DNA of 64,000 bases from Histomonas meleagridis 2922-C6/04-290x (Eukaryota; Protista; Parabasalia). Where the stretch lies: contig JAANOX010000249.1 in assembly GCA_020184695.1 (NCBI GenBank), positions 12,739-76,738 of the forward strand, read 5' to 3'. Shown in pieces: positions 23,721 through 35,628 of the stretch. The notes beneath the pieces were generated by a model. The model did not search any database. It was not told the DNA's origin and saw only the letters and a program-made list of their open reading frames with translations. Each line of letters opens with the position of its first letter. Position 1 is the stretch's first letter. The translations under genes and the position numbers were made by a program.

Positions 23721-24045
23721 TTGGCACACAAGAAACCATTGTAAGTAAATTAGAAAATTATATTGTTTTATTTTAATTTTTAAAAAAGTTTCATGGTCTC
23801 CATCCAAAGTATTTATTGATGAAAATAAACAGAAAGGTGTAAAAAAATAGTTCGACAAAAAGGAAACTATTTATTGATTTATTCTGTTTTAACAAACTTA
23901 ATAATTATTTATTTCATTAATGTTCATAACAAATTTATTATTATGCAATAATTAGATATTCAAATCTTTAATCATTTTTTATCAAATTTTCATTAAAAAA
24001 TTGAAATGGTAAAAATTAAACAAAAGAAATATATTTTTAATAAAT

Positions 24046-24462
24046 TTAGTTACGTTCGCCACGAATGCGTTGTGCAAGTTGAACATCACGTTCCATAATA
24101 GTAACACGGTTTGCATGAATTGCACAAAGGTTTGTATCTTCAAAGAGACCAACAAGGTAAGCTTCTGAGGCTTCTTGAAGAGCTGCGATAGCTGATGATT
24201 GGAAACGAAGATCACCACGAAATCCTGATGCAATTTCACGAACAAGACGTTGGAATGGAAGCTTACGGATTAAAAGATCTGTGCTCTTTTGATATTTACG
24301 AATTTCACGAAGAGCAACTGTACCTGGTCTGAAACGATGTTGCTTCTTAGCACCTTGTGAATCAACAACTGGTGTTGACTTACGAGCTGCCTTAGCACCG
24401 AGTGATTTACGTGGAGTCTTACCACCAGTAGATTTACGAGCTGTTTGTTTTGTACGAGCCAT
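24046..24462 (-). CDS. H3: Histone H3
   Basis: [19 protein letters not shown]...; true ATG at 24462 (the ORF track over-extends); trichomonad-type tail. Confidence 0.98.
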   Translation of the reverse strand: MARTKQTARKSTGGKTPRKSLGAKAARKSTPVVDSQGAKKQHRFRPGTVALREIRKYQKSTDLLIRKLPFQRLVREIASGFRGDLRFQSSAIAALQEASEAYLVGLFEDTNLCAIHANRVTIMERDVQLAQRIRGERN

Positions 24463-24662
24463 TGAATAAAATGAAGTTGAATAGCAAAGCGCCAAAATAA
24501 GTCGGTAATTAAATGTCATTTTGCACCCTTTAATATTTAAAGAAATTCGAATTTTTGAATCATTCAATTTTTAATGGCACGGTGTGGCAATAAATTTGAG
24601 GTTCATAAAATAGCGCCAAAATGTCTTTTTGAATATTCCAAATGAAAGTGTCAATTTATTAA
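24463..24662. promoter_or_regulatory. Bidirectional H3/H4 promoter with duplicated AGCGCCAAAAT
   Basis: 200-nt gap between divergent ATGs; identical 11-mer at 24488-24498 and 24612-24622. Confidence 0.7.
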
Positions 24663-24968
<306 letters not shown>

Positions 24969-25201
24969 AAATACATTTATAGTTATTTAATGCTTTTTAA
25001 TCCAATTTTTACAGATTACTTCAAATGAAGGAATTTCATTTTTTGAGTATGTGAGACAAAAGAATTATCATCATAAAGTGTTTGATGGTTTTCTGGAATT
25101 TAGTTTTTAGGGTTAATAAAAGTTTTATTTCTGGGAAGGTGAAGTAAAAATGAAGTGGTTGAATAGTTTATAACACCGATTTTGAATAAAGCACTTCACA
25201 A

Positions 25202-27007
25202 ATGCTAAATGTTTATTACAGATATCAATCTATTGAAGGGTTTTATTATTATCACAACGAACAATCTCAACAGTCAATATCATACTTTCCAAATGATGGA
25301 ATAGTTCTTGATCCATTAACATTAAATCCAATTATAATAGAAAATCCGAATTATCAAGAATTTCTTAAAACATATTATGAACTTATTGAAAATATGAACG
25401 CACAACAAAATTTCACATCTCAATATGCTGAATATCAAAATGAAGGATATCAATCAACTTTATTAAACTTTCATGAAAACAAAAAAGCAAACCCAAAAAA
25501 ACACATGTGTAAAATGCAAGGAAGAAGTCATACCTTCATTAAAAATAATATATTTTCTAGGATATTTGAACCGTTATCATTTCCACTTAAAAATTTTCAT
25601 AAAGTACAAAGAATTCATAATCATGAGCATGAGGTAAAAAAGAGGAAGACCCAAATTTTTACATTAGTCCCTCTTCTTGATGTTCCAGAAAATGTGACTA
25701 GTTTTGATGAAAATAATCTTAGCAATAATAGCATTATTGTTAGAACAGATTCTTTTTTTCCAAATCAAAATGCTCCTTATCTTCCACCTGATATTATGGA
25801 AAATATACATAAATTTCAAGTTGAAGAATATGCAAAACAATATTTTAGAGAACACCGAAAAGGTAAAGCTTTTAACAGGAAACTTATATCTTTAGAAGAG
25901 ATTACACATTTTACTAAAGATCAAATAGAATTCCCTTTAATAAAATCTATAAATTCAAGTGATGAAAAAACTGCAGTTAAATGTTTTAAGTTAATACAAA
26001 GATATATTGGAGTTATATTTACTAAAGCACCACAAATTTGTGCAGATATGCTTATTCAAATTCTATATAATAATTCAAATCTTTGGGATGAGGTATATTT
26101 CCAACTTATTAAACAAACAAGGAATAATCCGAATCCAGAATGGGAAGGAAATACATGGAACCTATTTTTGATTATAGCTACTATATTTCCTTCATCGCGT
26201 AATAGTGAAGTTTGGATAAAATCACATATTGCAAGGTCTTCATTGTCTGAAAATTATAATATTTCATCATTAGCACAACTTACTTATATTAGATTTTCAT
26301 CGAGATGTGCAGTTGGTAAACCGAAAACAGGTTTAGAAACAAATTATATTTATATTATACCAAAAGAAATATTTTGTAAATATCCATCTTTTTCAGCATC
26401 TATATATGAACATTTATGGTATCAAAAAAAACTATATCCAGACTTTCCTATTCCTATTATTGTCCACTTAATGGCTGAAGCAATTATTGCTAAAGGTGCA
26501 GAAAAGCTTGAAGGAATATTTAGACTTACTGGAAACATGAAGAATGTTTTAGAAATGAAAAAAAATTTTAGCGAAGGAAAAAATCCACTTTCAAATGCAA
26601 ATGTATTTGATATAACTTCATTATTTAAACTTTGGTTTAGAAGCATACCTAACCCGGTTTGTCCTGTTGATATCTTACCACAATTAAAAACAGCTTATGA
26701 AGATCAGACATTTTTGGAATTTGTAGATAAATTACCAATGGCTCATTTAAGTTTATTAGGTTATTTAATTGGATTTTTAAGAAAACTTGTTCAAGCAGAA
26801 GAAACAACAAAAATGGATGCAAAAAATATGGCAATTGTGTTTGCACCTAATATTGTTCAACCTGAACATGATTTTAATGAAATCATACAAATTCAAGATT
26901 ATTCAAAAATAGCAATCAATTTCATAGAATTTCTGATTAATAACTGGTGCGTAGACCAGTTTTATCCTTTACAAATTGAAACAGATTTTGATGAGTTTCA
27001 ATTTTAG
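25202..27007 (+). CDS. MyTH4 + RhoGAP domain protein (ARHGAP39-like)
   Basis: LWDEVYFQLIKQTRNNP (MyTH4); EGIFRLTGN, SLFKLWFR, KMDAKNMAIVFAPN (RhoGAP). Confidence 0.88.
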   Translation: MLNVYYRYQSIEGFYYYHNEQSQQSISYFPNDGIVLDPLTLNPIIIENPNYQEFLKTYYELIENMNAQQNFTSQYAEYQNEGYQSTLLNFHENKKANPKKHMCKMQGRSHTFIKNNIFSRIFEPLSFPLKNFHKVQRIHNHEHEVKKRKTQIFTLVPLLDVPENVTSFDENNLSNNSIIVRTDSFFPNQNAPYLPPDIMENIHKFQVEEYAKQYFREHRKGKAFNRKLISLEEITHFTKDQIEFPLIKSINSSDEKTAVKCFKLIQRYIGVIFTKAPQICADMLIQILYNNSNLWDEVYFQLIKQTRNNPNPEWEGNTWNLFLIIATIFPSSRNSEVWIKSHIARSSLSENYNISSLAQLTYIRFSSRCAVGKPKTGLETNYIYIIPKEIFCKYPSFSASIYEHLWYQKKLYPDFPIPIIVHLMAEAIIAKGAEKLEGIFRLTGNMKNVLEMKKNFSEGKNPLSNANVFDITSLFKLWFRSIPNPVCPVDILPQLKTAYEDQTFLEFVDKLPMAHLSLLGYLIGFLRKLVQAEETTKMDAKNMAIVFAPNIVQPEHDFNEIIQIQDYSKIAINFIEFLINNWCVDQFYPLQIETDFDEFQF

Positions 27008-27259
27008 TAAAATTTAATTTAAAAAAATTTAAAGTTTTTTAATTTTAAGCTGACTTTGAGATAGTGATTTAGTGCTTTAATCTTTTGTTTAATTGAAAAA
27101 ATTGTAATTTAAATAAGTAATTTTAAAAATAACATGTTTTATTCAAATTAAAAATGCGCTTTATGGTACAAAATCATAAATTAGAGGCTTTGCTTTAAAA
27201 AAAACATCACTACTATTATTTCATATTATTAAATAACAAGGTGAAACAATTATCTGTCA

Positions 27260-27817
27260 TTATAGTTTAACGTAATTTTTGAATTTTTTGAAATTATTGT
27301 TAATCAGCTTTTTTTTTGTTTTTTTTTTTCTTGGAAATATTAAGACAAAAGCTAGAATTGATCCAACTGATGCAAATATAATGATTTGTTGTGTTGTTAC
27401 TTCTTTATTGCTTACATCTGAGAATTTTATTAAATTGATTGTATATTGATCAAATTTTATATTTAAAACATTGTTACACAAAAATACATCATATTTGTCA
27501 ACAAACTGATTTATACAATCAGTTGGGTCTTTTTGTAAGTTAACTGAATATGATTCATTTTTGGTAAAAAATGATAAAATCAAATTGTTCTTTTCTTCTT
27601 TAACGTATGCTATTCCTAAGTAATATTGTATAAGATCAATGTTTTTTTGAGTTACATTATTTTTCCATATCCATCCTTGCAATGAATTTGAGTTTGATGT
27701 TGCAAACAAATATAAAGAAATACCAATTTGAGGCTGTTCATTGTAAGTCACCAATCCGTGCCATTTCCCGATTAACTTATTTAGAAAATTTGCACCGAAA
27801 AAGAAACCCAATAACAT
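27260..27817 (-). CDS. Hypothetical type I membrane protein
   Basis: Hydrophobic N-terminus, C-terminal TM (IIIFASVGSILAFVLIF) followed by a basic tail. Confidence 0.65.
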   Translation of the reverse strand: MLLGFFFGANFLNKLIGKWHGLVTYNEQPQIGISLYLFATSNSNSLQGWIWKNNVTQKNIDLIQYYLGIAYVKEEKNNLILSFFTKNESYSVNLQKDPTDCINQFVDKYDVFLCNNVLNIKFDQYTINLIKFSDVSNKEVTTQQIIIFASVGSILAFVLIFPRKKKTKKKLINNNFKKFKNYVKL

Positions 27818-27926
27818 TACGTTTTCACATCACATTACACTTTATACGATACGATTTTCAATACAACGATAATCATTTTCAGAGCAAAACGATATTTTCC
27901 CATTGAATTCATATCACATTTATTAA

Positions 27927-29909
27927 TTATTCCAAAGCTCGAATCATTTCATCTATTTCATCCAAATTATAAGGCGGATCTTTTTTCCTATCTGCGTTTT
28001 TCATTTCCATTATCATTTCTTCTGCATCCCAAAGTTTATTTCTCTTTTCTATTTCTGCTTTTGTGTTTCCGTCATAAACTTGCATCATGTGATTCGCTCT
28101 TTTTATCATTTGATCTGCTTTTTCATCGATTCTCATAAACATTTTCTTTCTCATTTCCACTTTTTCTTTTGTCTTCTTTAGTTCATCTCTTCTTCTTTTA
28201 TATGTTGCTAATGAATGTCTTTGGTCTTCGTTATCTTCGAACCATTTTTGTTCTGTTTGAATCTTTTCTCTTTCTTCATCTCCGCAGTAATCCTTTAGTT
28301 CGTTTTCGACTGCACTTGTGAATGAATAAAGTTCTGCTTCGAATTCGTTTTTAGTTTCGTCGATTTTCTCTTGTTCTGTATCATCTCTTTGCATTTGCCT
28401 TTCGATGTCCATACACTTTTCTATTGTTTCATTATCAATGTTAACAATTGGTTTGTATTCCAATTTGAAATTGTTCTTATCATTGATATCAAATGACAAA
28501 ATGAAGTTCTTATCCAAACTTGCTTTGACCATACATTTGTTGTTATTCGAATTGTTAATTTTCGTTATATATAATGTTCCAATTATTTCATTATTAGATT
28601 CCACAATTACATCAGTTTTATCTTGCGCAATATCAATGTTAAATGATTTCATGCTTGGAATAGGAGTAAACTTCCTAAACAAAAGACTTTTCGTGGCGCG
28701 TCCTGATTGCGGTAAGTGCCATTTAGTGATTATGTCCATTGGCGTTACATCTTGTACATCGAATGCAAATGTTCCTTTGTGTATAGATGCATAATAACTA
28801 CAGCCAAGTGCAACACATTCATCCAAATTTAATGACGTGCTTAGATCTTTGCCAATTATTTCCGAAATTCGTTGTTTCACAGAGACAACACGTGCGCCGC
28901 CGCCAAGAAGTTGAACAACATCGATTTGCGATTTGTTAATTTTGGCACTAGAGAGACATTCGTCAATTGGCGCTTTAATACGCGTCAAAAGTGGCGCAAT
29001 GGCAGTGTCAAGTTCATCGCGTTTAACAACAAAGTTAATGTACACATCCATAATTGGATCAACTTCGAAGTTAACGGCTTTGTTAACCGAAAGATCTTTT
29101 TTGGCTTTTTCGACAGCACTCCTAAAACGAAGCATACCACGAGGATGTTGACGTGGATCAAAGCCATGATATTTCTCGGATACCTTTTGAAGAAGATAAT
29201 CAATGAAAAGTGAGGTGAAGGAAGAGCCGCCTAAGGTGGGATCGGAGGCATGACTAATAACCTTGACACCTGTTTTAGTGATTTTAGTGAGTGATACACT
29301 CATGGAAAGATGACCGATATCAATGAATAAAACATTGATTGGATTCGTGGGATGGAGACGATTGGAGTTGTTGACTGCATAGGCAATGGCTGCAGCGGTG
29401 TTGGAGTTAATAAGGGATACATCTTTACTCATGTAAGATGCAGCAAATAAAAGAAGACGACGTTTGGTTTCATTCCAATACTGCGGAACGGAAACAGAAA
29501 CACTTCCAAGTAAAGGAACATTGAATATAACTTGTGTTAAGATTGATCTGAATAAAAATCCGATACATTGTTCAGGACGAAGTGTTATCTGCTTATTATG
29601 ATAATTAACACTGATTCCTGTTAAACCATCTGGTAATTCTACAAGAGTGAATGGAACTGCCTTTTCTAATTCAGCTCTATCTTGATATTTTAAACCAATT
29701 AATCGTTTCAAGTTGGTAATTGTAGAATCAAAGAATTCCATTTGGTGATGTTGGGAACCTTCACATGAATATCTTCTTGCATTTGTGTATGTTACCATAG
29801 AAGGGATAAGACGATTTGAATGGTTACTTTTAAAAATTTCAACGTGCCCATTTTTCTCAGTTCCTACAACGCAATATTGATTTCCAAAATCTACACCTAA
29901 TGTTTCCAT
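27927..29909 (-). CDS. Hsp70-family protein, Hsp110/Sse-like
   Basis: LGVDFGN, NRLIPSMVTY, LFIDIG, LGGSSF, LLGGGARV, LNLDECVALG; no EEVD. Confidence 0.88.
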   Translation of the reverse strand: METLGVDFGNQYCVVGTEKNGHVEIFKSNHSNRLIPSMVTYTNARRYSCEGSQHHQMEFFDSTITNLKRLIGLKYQDRAELEKAVPFTLVELPDGLTGISVNYHNKQITLRPEQCIGFLFRSILTQVIFNVPLLGSVSVSVPQYWNETKRRLLLFAASYMSKDVSLINSNTAAAIAYAVNNSNRLHPTNPINVLFIDIGHLSMSVSLTKITKTGVKVISHASDPTLGGSSFTSLFIDYLLQKVSEKYHGFDPRQHPRGMLRFRSAVEKAKKDLSVNKAVNFEVDPIMDVYINFVVKRDELDTAIAPLLTRIKAPIDECLSSAKINKSQIDVVQLLGGGARVVSVKQRISEIIGKDLSTSLNLDECVALGCSYYASIHKGTFAFDVQDVTPMDIITKWHLPQSGRATKSLLFRKFTPIPSMKSFNIDIAQDKTDVIVESNNEIIGTLYITKINNSNNNKCMVKASLDKNFILSFDINDKNNFKLEYKPIVNIDNETIEKCMDIERQMQRDDTEQEKIDETKNEFEAELYSFTSAVENELKDYCGDEEREKIQTEQKWFEDNEDQRHSLATYKRRRDELKKTKEKVEMRKKMFMRIDEKADQMIKRANHMMQVYDGNTKAEIEKRNKLWDAEEMIMEMKNADRKKDPPYNLDEIDEMIRALE

Positions 29910-30222
29910 TAAAAGATTATGATTTGTGAATTGTTATGCCTCATTGAAAAAGTGACAAAAATGAATGACTTACTATGAAAAAGTTGTTGTTTGTGTGCGA
30001 AATGATCGTATAACGATAACTGGCCGGCCATTTTTATCATTCAAAAATAATTCAAAAGTTTATATTGAAGAGTTCCTGTTGAAGTTGTAATGGATTACTA
30101 ACAAACAACCAATAAATACAAGTATTTATATGTAATATAACTTCATATTCATATGAAATTAAAATCTTAAAAATATTGTTGACGTCTGTTATTAAAAATT
30201 TAAATTATTACATATACTTTTA

Positions 30223-33200
30223 TTAAGATTCCGATTTATCATCTTTTGACTTTTTATATTTCAGGTACAAAAACACTGCAACTACTGCAATTACTACCAC
30301 CAGAATACAACACAATACAATTCCCGCGATTTCTCCAGTACTTAATCTTTTAATATCATCATCGTATATATAAGTTTTTCCATCATTATCAGGGTATTCA
30401 TGATTTGGTAATTTTTCTGTTAAGTTAAACGTTACGTTATCATAAATTACCGGAATTATTTCGGGCGGATCTTTAATTACATTTAATTCCAATCTATCGA
30501 AATATGTTTTACCTCTTGCGCTTTTATCATGTTGTACGAAGTAACCTTGTGTTGACTTAAATGACCAATTTTGTTTACCAGTAAAGAAAGTTGTATTAAA
30601 TTTACCATTAAAATTCTTTTCTCTTGGATAATAATAAACTTCTTTCGAGTTCCCTTCAGCATCTAAATAAGAACATCCATGCATCAAAGTGAACTGTGAT
30701 GAAGTAGGATCAAAAGATTCAATTGCTAATGCGCAATATGTGTCATATAATCCTCCGTCACGGATATTATATTTAAAGTAATTCGACATATATATTTGGA
30801 ACGTACCTGATTTGATTTCTGCAACTGAACCTGCAAGCGCACCTTCGAATGATGTCATTTCTGTTGTACCTGACCATGTCCACATTGTATTATCTATTAT
30901 AAATCGACGTAAGTATTCTTTAGTTTCATTATAATCCGCTGTTGGACGATTAATTTTATTTGGTAGTGTACCTGTATAAGATTTAAGTGTATATTTTATG
31001 GTATATAAATTCGTTTTAGGGACAAGTGCAACACGAATACTTTTCGATGTAACATTACATAAAAACTTAATAAACATAAGCTCACTTTGGATATTAAGAA
31101 TAATTCCATTTCCACTTGGATAACCAATTATTAATTCTCCGATTTTTGGTGAACTAATTCCAAAATGTTCAAATTCTGCTAATGAATCAACTGCTTTTTG
31201 TATCCATTCATTTTCATCATTATATTTCCAAGCAATTTGATCACCACCACCAAGTAAAAGTTCTATTTGTGCTACTGCTCTATTACCATTAACTATTGAA
31301 CCTTCAAAACTTAAACCATTATTTGATATAACAAATTTTTTGGTAATTGTTATACTACCAGAAATATTCTTTAATGTAATTGACGTTGATGATGATTCAG
31401 TAATGTTATAATTCATCCAACTTGTTTGTTGGAAAATAGTATTATCAGTAATGTCACGAAAATCAATTCCATAATTTTGGCCAATATAATTAATACCATT
31501 ATAAGAAAAATGTCCACACATTCCACGTACGTCTGGACAAATCCATGCTTCATATTGACCTGAATTAATTGATTTAACTGAATGAGGATTACCAAGAATT
31601 TCACTTAATGCACGCCATTTTTCATAATATTTAGCTACGTCCATTATACTTTCATGAATATATTCATTTAAAAGTAACGCTGATTTTTCTTCTTCATTCT
31701 TAGGTACAAATTTACAAGTTGTAGAAGTCCATTCTAAAGTTTGATCATTTCGATTAACGAAATATAATAATCCGCAACGTGATGTAAGTGAAGACATTTT
31801 ATTATGATATTTATAGTCTTCATTTTTAGCGGATTTAATTGCTTTATCCCATTGTGCTACAGACCATCTAAGGAAGTCTTCATCAAGGTTTTGTCCTAAT
31901 CCTCCCCATGATGTATAATATACAGGTTGTGTACCACGATATACTTGATACATACCTTTATTTAATATGTTTTGGACAATTTCACTTGATTCAGGTCCAT
32001 AATAACCATCACAAAAATCACGTACTAATTCTTCGATATCTAAATCAATATCATACATTAAATGTGATAACATCCATGACTTAAGTTCGGCCATATCAGC
32101 ATGAAATTGACGTCTTTTTGATGAACCAATTAAATCTTCTGGTAAATATCCATCAATTTTATAACGCTTAACAAATAACTTTAAATCAGATGCAAGTCCA
32201 TATATTAAATGATGTGGAAATGCTCCTTGTGAATCAAAATTAGCAGAATAATCATAGAGTGTGAAATGCCCCGTAATATTACGCCATTTTTCCATGTTAA
32301 GGATAAAGTCTTGATTTGCAGAATAGAAATTCTCTTCTGGAATAATACTTAATGGACGTCCATGATCATTTCCAATTGGACATGTACGGAAATATATATG
32401 TGAATTAGGTAATATATTCGTAGGACATTTAACGGAATCAGATAGAAGAAATGTTCGGACTTTAAAATCATTAGTTAACTTTTGTATTTCATTACACATT
32501 CGATTCAGAAATTCGACATGAAGACCTGAGCATGAATCACCATATTCATGGAACTTTTCGGTACATTCAGAACAATGACAATATCGACCATTATCTCCTT
32601 GTGATAACTCAATATAATACGCAGTGTTTTTACCATTCTTTTGGATGTCTGCTTTGATATCTTCTAACACACGTTCAGATGCAAATTTCCACGTGTCCTT
32701 GTTGGAAAGACATAAGGCATCTGTATAACGACCACCATCCGGATTCATGGCATAACATTGTGGGTATTTTGATAATGGATATTTGGTACGATCAAATCCA
32801 AAAAATGAATGTGTGCCATAACGAGCACCAAGAGCTCCTCCATAGTTACCAGCATTTCCTGAATCACCTCCGTTGTTCCTGAAATGTGCTTTGAGTGTGG
32901 TATTAAACATTGGATCATCTGCATAAATTTCACGATATGGAACAGATGGTGTGTGACTCATTACAAGATTGGAGGGGATATAAATGGTGGAATTCTTTGG
33001 CATTACTGTCCACCATGATGTATACCATCGAACATTCAAAAATTTTTCTAGATAGTCAAAAACTCCATAGCATACACCACGTTTTCCTCCATTAATATAA
33101 ATGTTGGTTTCATCTGTTACAATTTCATATGTTTCATCGTCGATATCAAAGAATCTGACTTTTCCATTTGACTTATTACAAGGACCAAGATATATTGCTT

Positions 33201-33399
33201 TTTCATGTGTTGTACTTGACTCGGCTTCAATAGGAAGTTCTACGTCAGCAATTGCTTGAAAAGCAATATTAAGTTCTTCTGCAGCTGTTTTGTAGTAAGT
33301 TGGCATTCTTCCATTTGTTGCAGCAACAACAATAAAATAATCTGATTTGCCATTGGAGATAATATCAATGCATTGAACAAAACCCAACAGCAAAAACAT
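30223..33399 (-). CDS. DUF4838-like (putative carbohydrate-active) protein with signal peptide and C-terminal TM
   Basis: YGVFDYLEKFLNVRWY, HSF, LCLSN, SQGDNGRYCHCSEC, LMYDIDLD...FCDGYYGP resemble bacterial DUF4838 proteins; TM GIVLCCILVVVIAVVAVFLYL. Confidence 0.7.
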   Translation of the reverse strand: MFLLLGFVQCIDIISNGKSDYFIVVAATNGRMPTYYKTAAEELNIAFQAIADVELPIEAESSTTHEKAIYLGPCNKSNGKVRFFDIDDETYEIVTDETNIYINGGKRGVCYGVFDYLEKFLNVRWYTSWWTVMPKNSTIYIPSNLVMSHTPSVPYREIYADDPMFNTTLKAHFRNNGGDSGNAGNYGGALGARYGTHSFFGFDRTKYPLSKYPQCYAMNPDGGRYTDALCLSNKDTWKFASERVLEDIKADIQKNGKNTAYYIELSQGDNGRYCHCSECTEKFHEYGDSCSGLHVEFLNRMCNEIQKLTNDFKVRTFLLSDSVKCPTNILPNSHIYFRTCPIGNDHGRPLSIIPEENFYSANQDFILNMEKWRNITGHFTLYDYSANFDSQGAFPHHLIYGLASDLKLFVKRYKIDGYLPEDLIGSSKRRQFHADMAELKSWMLSHLMYDIDLDIEELVRDFCDGYYGPESSEIVQNILNKGMYQVYRGTQPVYYTSWGGLGQNLDEDFLRWSVAQWDKAIKSAKNEDYKYHNKMSSLTSRCGLLYFVNRNDQTLEWTSTTCKFVPKNEEEKSALLLNEYIHESIMDVAKYYEKWRALSEILGNPHSVKSINSGQYEAWICPDVRGMCGHFSYNGINYIGQNYGIDFRDITDNTIFQQTSWMNYNITESSSTSITLKNISGSITITKKFVISNNGLSFEGSIVNGNRAVAQIELLLGGGDQIAWKYNDENEWIQKAVDSLAEFEHFGISSPKIGELIIGYPSGNGIILNIQSELMFIKFLCNVTSKSIRVALVPKTNLYTIKYTLKSYTGTLPNKINRPTADYNETKEYLRRFIIDNTMWTWSGTTEMTSFEGALAGSVAEIKSGTFQIYMSNYFKYNIRDGGLYDTYCALAIESFDPTSSQFTLMHGCSYLDAEGNSKEVYYYPREKNFNGKFNTTFFTGKQNWSFKSTQGYFVQHDKSARGKTYFDRLELNVIKDPPEIIPVIYDNVTFNLTEKLPNHEYPDNDGKTYIYDDDIKRLSTGEIAGIVLCCILVVVIAVVAVFLYLKYKKSKDDKSES

Positions 33400-33742
33400 T
33401 TTAATGACTTTTGGTTGTATCGCTCAATTTTGAGTGCTTTAATTCAATAGAACAAAATTTCAATGTGAAAGGCCTTTCAAAAAAAAACGGTTATGTTCAC
33501 AGTCAAGAATGTGAGGCGGAACTTAAATTCTCGAATTCCTTTATTATCTTAATATCATGACAGCACCTAAAGAGCCAAGCTTCATCAAAACTCAAGAGCG
33601 TTTGTTAATCATCATCAAACTTTTTCAAAAATTGAAAATTGGCAAATATAATAAATATTTAGTAATTGCTTCTGATAAAATTTACCACAACATGTGTTTC
33701 GTTTTGGATATGAATTTAGTCAACACCTACATGTTTCATTAA

Positions 33743-34687
33743 TTATGTTGATAAAGACCGTGGAAGCCCATATCTTATCCCACGCCTAAGGTGTTTATAT
33801 AATGGAAGTAAATCATAAAAATAAAGCAATGCGAATGTCAAAGATGAAAAAAAAGAACTTACTGAAATAACCAAAAAAAATATCTTAAAGAAATAATTAT
33901 TACCACCAAACCACTTAAATCTCCTGATAACTATCGATTTTGTCCCTTTAAATGAGCTTACTGGATAATTGTTATCAATTTCTATTCTATGTTTTCCTTT
34001 CCTAATTATTATGTCTTCATCGATTTTACCCCAAAGCTTAAGAAAAGTTGGGAAAGGAGCAATTCGAATCCAATTTAAGAAATGCTCATTTGTTTGTCCA
34101 CCTGGAAAAAGTGATTCAGAAATCCAATGTTTTGCTTTTCCATAACTTTTGTGAGGTTGTTTTATTAGTTCTTTAAATTGTGGTTCGGATATATTTTTTT
34201 GGTTAAAATTTATACCTGAAAACTTAAAAGTATCATTAAATAAAGATAATGATACTGCACCACATGGAACATATGTTGTAGTTTCATAACTATCCCCACT
34301 TTTTATCATCGGAAAACATTTTTGAAGTCCCATTTTATCTAAATGTTTTCCCATAAGTTGATCATAATTTATTGATTTTAAATATTGAAATGAGTTTTGA
34401 TATAAATTCGTGAGCTTATAATAAAAATACATTGGCCCTTTAACATCATCTTTAAATTCGATATAAATGACACACTTTGATGTGTTGCAGATTGAGCTAT
34501 ATTCTTTTTCAATATCATAACTTTCATTACTTGAAAGTAATATGTTAAAAGATAAAGATATTAAAGCAAATAAAAAATGTATAAATGAAACTGATATGGG
34601 CGAAAGGAAAGGACGGCAAGCAGGAAGTCTTTGTTGTTTAAACCTAGTTTGAATTTTTTTGAAATTTTCACTATAGATTTGATCCAT
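33743..34687 (-). CDS. CDC50: CDC50/LEM3 family flippase beta subunit
   Basis: FKQQRLPACRP, YFYYKLTNLYQN, PCGAVS, EHFLNWIRIAPFPTFLKLWG, two TMs. Confidence 0.93.
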   Translation of the reverse strand: MDQIYSENFKKIQTRFKQQRLPACRPFLSPISVSFIHFLFALISLSFNILLSSNESYDIEKEYSSICNTSKCVIYIEFKDDVKGPMYFYYKLTNLYQNSFQYLKSINYDQLMGKHLDKMGLQKCFPMIKSGDSYETTTYVPCGAVSLSLFNDTFKFSGINFNQKNISEPQFKELIKQPHKSYGKAKHWISESLFPGGQTNEHFLNWIRIAPFPTFLKLWGKIDEDIIIRKGKHRIEIDNNYPVSSFKGTKSIVIRRFKWFGGNNYFFKIFFLVISVSSFFSSLTFALLYFYDLLPLYKHLRRGIRYGLPRSLST

Positions 34688-34980
34688 AACAATGAGTTTT
34701 CATCAAATTTTTATAGCGATAACCAAAGAAAATTTAAGAAAACTTATAAATAAAATCCGTTTTTTACTAAAAAGTTCTTACTTAAAATTCTTATTTATAT
34801 TTAAACCTATAGGAACTAATATGATTACTTTAAATAGAATTTTCTAACACAAATGAAAATTAATATAAAAAACCAATCACCATTAGTTTTAGAAATAAAA
34901 AGATTTTCCTACTTTAGCTATTACGTAAAGTAATGAAAAATGTATCGTTGTGGCTACTTTGAAGAAAGTGGCACTTTCTT

Positions 34981-35583
34981 ATGCTTTCCCAAAATTGTTC
35001 ATTCTTCTCTAAAGTAACAAAGAAAGGAACTCTTCTTGATGGAAAATTTTCATTTAAGAACATGGAACAGGTTAAAAATATATTTGCTTTGTATCCGAGT
35101 AATAAAAAAGCATCTGCAATTATCCCACTCCTTCATCTTGCACAAGAGCAAAATGGAGGATACCTGAATAGAGGCGCTCTTGAAGAAGTTGCTAAGCTCA
35201 CTGAAACACCACTTGGTCGCGTTCATGAAACAGCAACATTTTATTCTATGTTCAGATTTTCAAAGGCACGTAAGCACCTTGTAGAAAGGTGCAAAGGGTT
35301 GTCTTGTTATGTCAATCGCTCTGATGCCATAAAGAAAGCTATTGAAACAGCTTGTAATGGAACATTTAAAGATGGTGGTTCCAAGGATGGAATGTTTGAT
35401 TTAACAGAGGTTGAATGCTTAGGTGCATGTGCTAATGCACCAACGATGATTGTTGATGGAATATACTATCAAAATCTTACTCCAGAATCTATTGCCAAGA
35501 TATTTGATACTATCAAAAAAGGCGGCGATCCATTGCCATTATCGGCAATTTACGCTAAGCCAAACAAACCATTAAATAATTAG
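34981..35583 (+). CDS. NDUFV2: Hydrogenosomal NADH dehydrogenase 24 kDa subunit (NuoE/NDUFV2)
   Basis: SAIIPLLHLAQEQNGG, ATFYSMF, C..LSC, ECLGAC.NAP [2Fe-2S] motifs; MLS-type presequence. Confidence 0.95.
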   Translation: MLSQNCSFFSKVTKKGTLLDGKFSFKNMEQVKNIFALYPSNKKASAIIPLLHLAQEQNGGYLNRGALEEVAKLTETPLGRVHETATFYSMFRFSKARKHLVERCKGLSCYVNRSDAIKKAIETACNGTFKDGGSKDGMFDLTEVECLGACANAPTMIVDGIYYQNLTPESIAKIFDTIKKGGDPLPLSAIYAKPNKPLNN

Positions 35584-35628
35584 TAATCGATTACTTATTA
35601 AGGATATTTTATTCAATACTAAGCCAAG

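Noticed and set aside
24463-24567. N-terminally extended histone H3
   Set aside because: ORF-caller extension to an upstream start codon; the canonical MARTK begins at 24462.
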